A stretch of DNA of 16,031 nt, taken from NCBI GenBank assembly GCA_038257035.1, contig JBBSJT010000051.1, positions 1-16,031 of the forward strand. The letters are read 5' to 3'. Position numbers and translations under genes: made by a program. Below the pieces are notes generated by a model that had not been told where the DNA came from, ran no database searches, and saw only the letters and a program-made list of their open reading frames with translations. The stretch comes from Chlamydiia bacterium (lineage in GTDB: Bacteria > Chlamydiota > Chlamydiia > Chlamydiales > Parachlamydiaceae). This document shows, in pieces, positions 15,064 to 16,031 of the stretch (the stretch's first letter is position 1; every line of letters begins with the position of its first letter).

Positions 15064-15870
15064 TTATTTTTCAATACCTAAGTACTCCATCATTATTTTG
15101 TGAAGCAGTTCGTGAGGCAAACATCTGAAGGCACTATCGGGATCTTTAAACCCCCGAATCATTTCTTTTGGAACAGAAAAAAGTATTTCTTTGCACAAAT
15201 TCTCTATACGGGACGCAAATTGCCCATTTTGAAATCTCTTAAAATGTAGAAAAGGACTTGGAAGACTTTTTATTAATTTCCGTTCAAATGAAGGGAGTGA
15301 GCTAATGTCACTGATCTCGGAGCGACAATATTTATTTAGGTAATTTTCCAAGTCTTCAAATCGGCTACTTGGAAAATTGGCGAGATTTTGACGCGTACAA
15401 GCATTTTGAAAGACTTCTATTTGCTTCATTGTTGAACTAAGCGGAGCTTCAAAAACCCCATCAAGAAGGCCCGTTTGATGGTAGTTTGATAATGCTTTTA
15501 CTAAATAACCAATTTGAAATAGTGACACCATACCTATTGCTTGAGCATGCGCGGGAAGATCGTAAGCTAAAAGCCAGGCTCTTTCTCTAAGAGGTAATTT
15601 GTCATGATCCTGCCTTAGATGCGACATTAAACTTCGAATGTCGACCCCTAATTTTAAGGCGGCAGCGTCAAACATATCTTCCTCCACTAAAGACGGTGGA
15701 GGGAGACTTTCTATAAGCTGTCTGCGCACAACTTCTTTTGTATGCTTGTCTACTGAACATAGATTCAAAAATTGTTTTCTTTCACAATTCAAGAAAATAT
15801 AATCAGTCAACTCTCTTGGAAAGTTTTCAGGAGAATTTAATTGATGGTTTTCTAAACTTGTAGATATCAT
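15064..15870 (-). CDS. F-box-like protein with a second F-box/SOCS-like motif at the C-terminus
   Basis: N-terminal NFPRELTDYIFLNC....FLNLCSVDK. C-terminal FRCLPHELLHKIMMEYL. Confidence 0.7.
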   Translation of the reverse strand: MISTSLENHQLNSPENFPRELTDYIFLNCERKQFLNLCSVDKHTKEVVRRQLIESLPPPSLVEEDMFDAAALKLGVDIRSLMSHLRQDHDKLPLRERAWLLAYDLPAHAQAIGMVSLFQIGYLVKALSNYHQTGLLDGVFEAPLSSTMKQIEVFQNACTRQNLANFPSSRFEDLENYLNKYCRSEISDISSLPSFERKLIKSLPSPFLHFKRFQNGQFASRIENLCKEILFSVPKEMIRGFKDPDSAFRCLPHELLHKIMMEYLGIEK

Positions 15871-15928
15871 ATTTGCCTTTTTGTAAATGTTTTAAAAATG
15901 GAACGTCCTTTTTCCGCACCAAATGAAA

Positions 15929-15957
15929 ATTATCCATTCATTTTAAATTAAAGTCAA
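15929..15957 (-). promoter_or_regulatory. Promoter for the 15064..15870 gene; its -35 lies within an inverted repeat
   Basis: TTGACT (15957-15952), 17 bp spacer, GATAAT (15934-15929). Inverted repeat AAAGTCAAT...ATTGACTTT spans 15950-15983. Confidence 0.55.
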
Positions 15958-16031
15958 TATTAATTTCAGAATTAATTGACTTTTATATAAATGTTTTATA
16001 TGGAATCTAATTTAACTGGTTCTTGGGAAGA

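Overview
AT-rich bacterial chromosome window, most likely from an environmental chlamydia. This is inferred from tandem eukaryotic-like F-box genes and a homologue of the chlamydial plasmid recombinase pGP7/pGP8. Left part (1-6471): two F-box effector-like genes separated by REP/MITE-like palindromes, a minus-strand ttcA - MoxR AAA+ - hypothetical operon, a SEC-C protein, and tRNA-Thr(TGT) with tRNA-Tyr(GTA). An ~8.5 kb all-plus-strand integrative element follows tRNA-Tyr (~6472-14985), laid out like a phage satellite/PICI. It encodes an intact tyrosine integrase preceded by an 18-bp perfect inverted repeat, and an apparently catalytically dead pGP8-like recombinase ending in a Cys4 tail. Next come two excisionase-like HTH proteins, one clear and one possible antisense sRNA, and an SF3 (DUF5906-like) helicase with no recognisable primase domain. 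These are followed by a palindromic iteron origin, a small-terminase-like HTH gene with a coupled partner, a frameshifted membrane-anchored cargo gene and a degenerate repeat array. No capsid, portal or large terminase gene and no clear attR were found. A third F-box gene, with F-box-like motifs at both ends, closes the window.
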